A stretch of DNA of 64,000 bases from Vezdaea acicularis (taxonomy: Eukaryota), in NCBI GenBank assembly GCA_026025075.1, contig JAPEUI010000008.1, forward strand, positions 124,001 to 188,000. The letters are read 5' to 3'. Position 1 is the stretch's first letter, and each line of letters opens with the position of its first letter. The notes under the pieces are model-generated. The model was not told where the DNA came from and searched no databases. It saw nothing but the letters and a program-made list of their open reading frames with translations. A program made the translations under genes and the position numbers. Positions 61,988-64,000 of the stretch are shown here, in pieces.

Positions 61988-63053
61988 CACGGTGGAGGGG
62001 CCGCTTGTTGAGCGGGTTCTTTCGACGAGGCTATAGGCAGACGAGTATAAGGCGAAGAATTGGTCTAGGTACTGCTGTGTACGCGCTCAAGGGGCTTCCC
62101 AGAACTGTAACTGTTGGTTGGCACGATATATTCCGATTGAGTCGTAAGGTATAGAGATGATCCTTAGGTACAGAGCTGAGGGTAGTGTCTCATGTAGAGA
62201 AGGTTGAAGGAAAGACGGGCGGGGCCTGGCAAGCTTTTTAGCCTAACGGACTAGGCACGGCGAATGGGATCTCTATTCGGTGCATTGCTCAGGGACCACC
62301 ACCCTCTTGACCCACACTGCTGGTCATGGGATTCTGAGGGGCGGCTCCGCCATCTACGAATCTACTAGGCTGTGAACATCCTGACCATCCTAGGGTATCA
62401 GCCTCTCTTGCCGGCAGCACTTGCCAATAGAGCCGCATAATGGTGGGGTAGCTGAGATGACTATTGGCTAGAGCAGACGTCTCTGTTGGTGGAGGTTTAG
62501 GATGCATCTCTAGAACTGCCCGGCAAGGCTAACCCAAGGCTAGAAAGGCTGGACGGCTCGAGACTTTGGCGCCACGAACAGGCGCATTTGGTGTGCGATA
62601 CTGTTCAATTCTAGACTACGGAAAGATGGGAGGCTTGAGGGGTGGGGCCGGGGCGAGTGAGCGATGTGGTTGGTGGCCTTGCGGCTCAAAATATTGAGGG
62701 GGTCCTAATCGGGAGGCCGCGCCTTTCCCGAAACAAAAGCTCGCGCATGAATCCAGACGCCACAAAGGACCCAAGCCCTCGAACGCCTCCACAAATGGGA
62801 TCTCGCTGGTGGTACGCCTCCGCAGCTACTGCTTATACGTCGTACAAGGTCAATCATGCAGATTTCAGGCTCATTTGATTGATGTATATGCCGTCATTCA
62901 CGTTTGCGATAGGCGAGAAGGGTCCACATAGAATCAAGCCTGAAGACTCGTTGGACATATCAACTACCTACGCCATCGCTAAAAATGCAATCAAACCTAA
63001 TCTATCATAACAAAATGTCATTTATCATGAAACACGCCGTGACCTCGTTCTCT

Positions 63054-64000
63054 TCAGCTAAGGTCAAATCCAGCACCAGAGTTGATCGCGTAGAGCAGTT
63101 TTTCTCGCAGTCTCTCCGCACTGGTATAACGTGGGAGCTTGAGAAGATTGACGCAAGTGCTTGTGCTTGGCAGGCGTTCTTCATCAGCCCCCGCGTCTCG
63201 AATGCTGAACCGAGGGTTCAGTTGGGAGAACCCTAGTAGGGGACCTCGGGGGGTCGAGGTGACAAACTTCAACACCATCCGGCGCTCGGAATCTGACATC
63301 TCTTGCAACACCTGCCAGAAGAGTTTGACGGATGGGTGCTCTTGCAGATCATCGCCGATAGTGTATATGCCGCCGTAAAGCGTATTCTTTCTAAGGTCTG
63401 CGACGTCGATCTCCGATGATTCTCCTCCGATGAGCGTTTGTATCTCTGCTTGGTTGAACATTGACAGCCAAGAAGGCTGGATAATCTGACCTAAGCCCTT
63501 GAGAAACGCGGACGTTTGTGCTTGCGGTTGGACCTGGAGACGGTGGCGGGCAACAAGTGAGATGTAGAATAGCTTATTTTCGTTCGTGACAGCAATGTTG
63601 GACCCGTTGGGCCTCAAATCTCTAGTGACCGTTCGAGTATGCTGATCGCCAAACAGGTTCGAAGGCCCGATCGTGTCTGTGATGGTAAAGTCGAGCGAGA
63701 AATCCTCAGCGACGTCACCAGTGTAATTCTTAAGTTGAAGCAGTCCCTGATACAGGGTCTCATCAAGATCCCGAAGGTCATTCAAATGTGGTCTGTAGCC
63801 GCTTTCTTTTGACGCTACTCCTCGTCCGCCAGTCAAGGCCCACTTGAGGAGGAAGAACCCGGCAAAGTTAACATCTACCAGAATGCCCTCATAAAGACAC
63901 TTGCCGATGATGCGACCCAGGAATTCAAAGCGGCGGAGATATTCCCGAATATTCAACATCCACTCTTGGCTGTTTTCTTGGATTCCTGTATCTCTCATTT
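63054..64000 (-). CDS. HUL5: HECT E3 ubiquitin ligase, Hul5/UBE3C-like (3' part only)
   Basis: FLGRIIGKCLYEGILVD, LKFVTS..R.PLLGF, RLPSTSTCVNLLKLP.Y, AINSGAGFDLS; runs off the window edge. Confidence 0.88.
   Translation of the reverse strand, partial: MRDTGIQENSQEWMLNIREYLRRFEFLGRIIGKCLYEGILVDVNFAGFFLLKWALTGGRGVASKESGYRPHLNDLRDLDETLYQGLLQLKNYTGDVAEDFSLDFTITDTIGPSNLFGDQHTRTVTRDLRPNGSNIAVTNENKLFYISLVARHRLQVQPQAQTSAFLKGLGQIIQPSWLSMFNQAEIQTLIGGESSEIDVADLRKNTLYGGIYTIGDDLQEHPSVKLFWQVLQEMSDSERRMVLKFVTSTPRGPLLGFSQLNPRFSIRDAGADEERLPSTSTCVNLLKLPRYTSAERLREKLLYAINSGAGFDLS

Overview
Eukaryotic, intron-containing DNA from a filamentous ascomycete (Pezizomycotina), judged from GT..CTRAC..AG introns of about 50-130 nt and fungal housekeeping genes. 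The gene-dense window holds about 23 clear protein-coding genes: an ING/PHD protein, a C2H2 TF, TFB1, an L-2-hydroxyglutarate dehydrogenase-like protein, an S10 carboxypeptidase, FBP1, a DnaJ protein, a deaminase, a GH81 glucanase, VCX1, STN1, a PH-domain protein, SEC62, LIS1/PAC1, STU2, a PTH11-like protein, an RRN5-like protein, DUF3431, a SAM methyltransferase, a partial HECT E3 and several hypotheticals. The main feature invisible to the ORF track is a non-coding, multi-intron minus-strand host transcript (about 15.4-16.85 kb). It carries six intronic box C/D snoRNAs in the order snR78-77-76-75-74-73. The snR78 copy also appears to carry the snR72 guide, and the snR77 copy has a possible extra guide. 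Other observations are a spliced 79-aa Cys/His-rich microprotein missed by the ORF track, a single-TM 63-aa ORF upstream of SEC62, FFAT-like motifs in the methyltransferase, PacC/CrzA-type motifs upstream of VCX1, an AcuK/AcuM-type motif upstream of FBP1, and recurring C-rich to G-rich skew switches. All family assignments come from motif recognition and recalled rRNA sequence; no searches were run.
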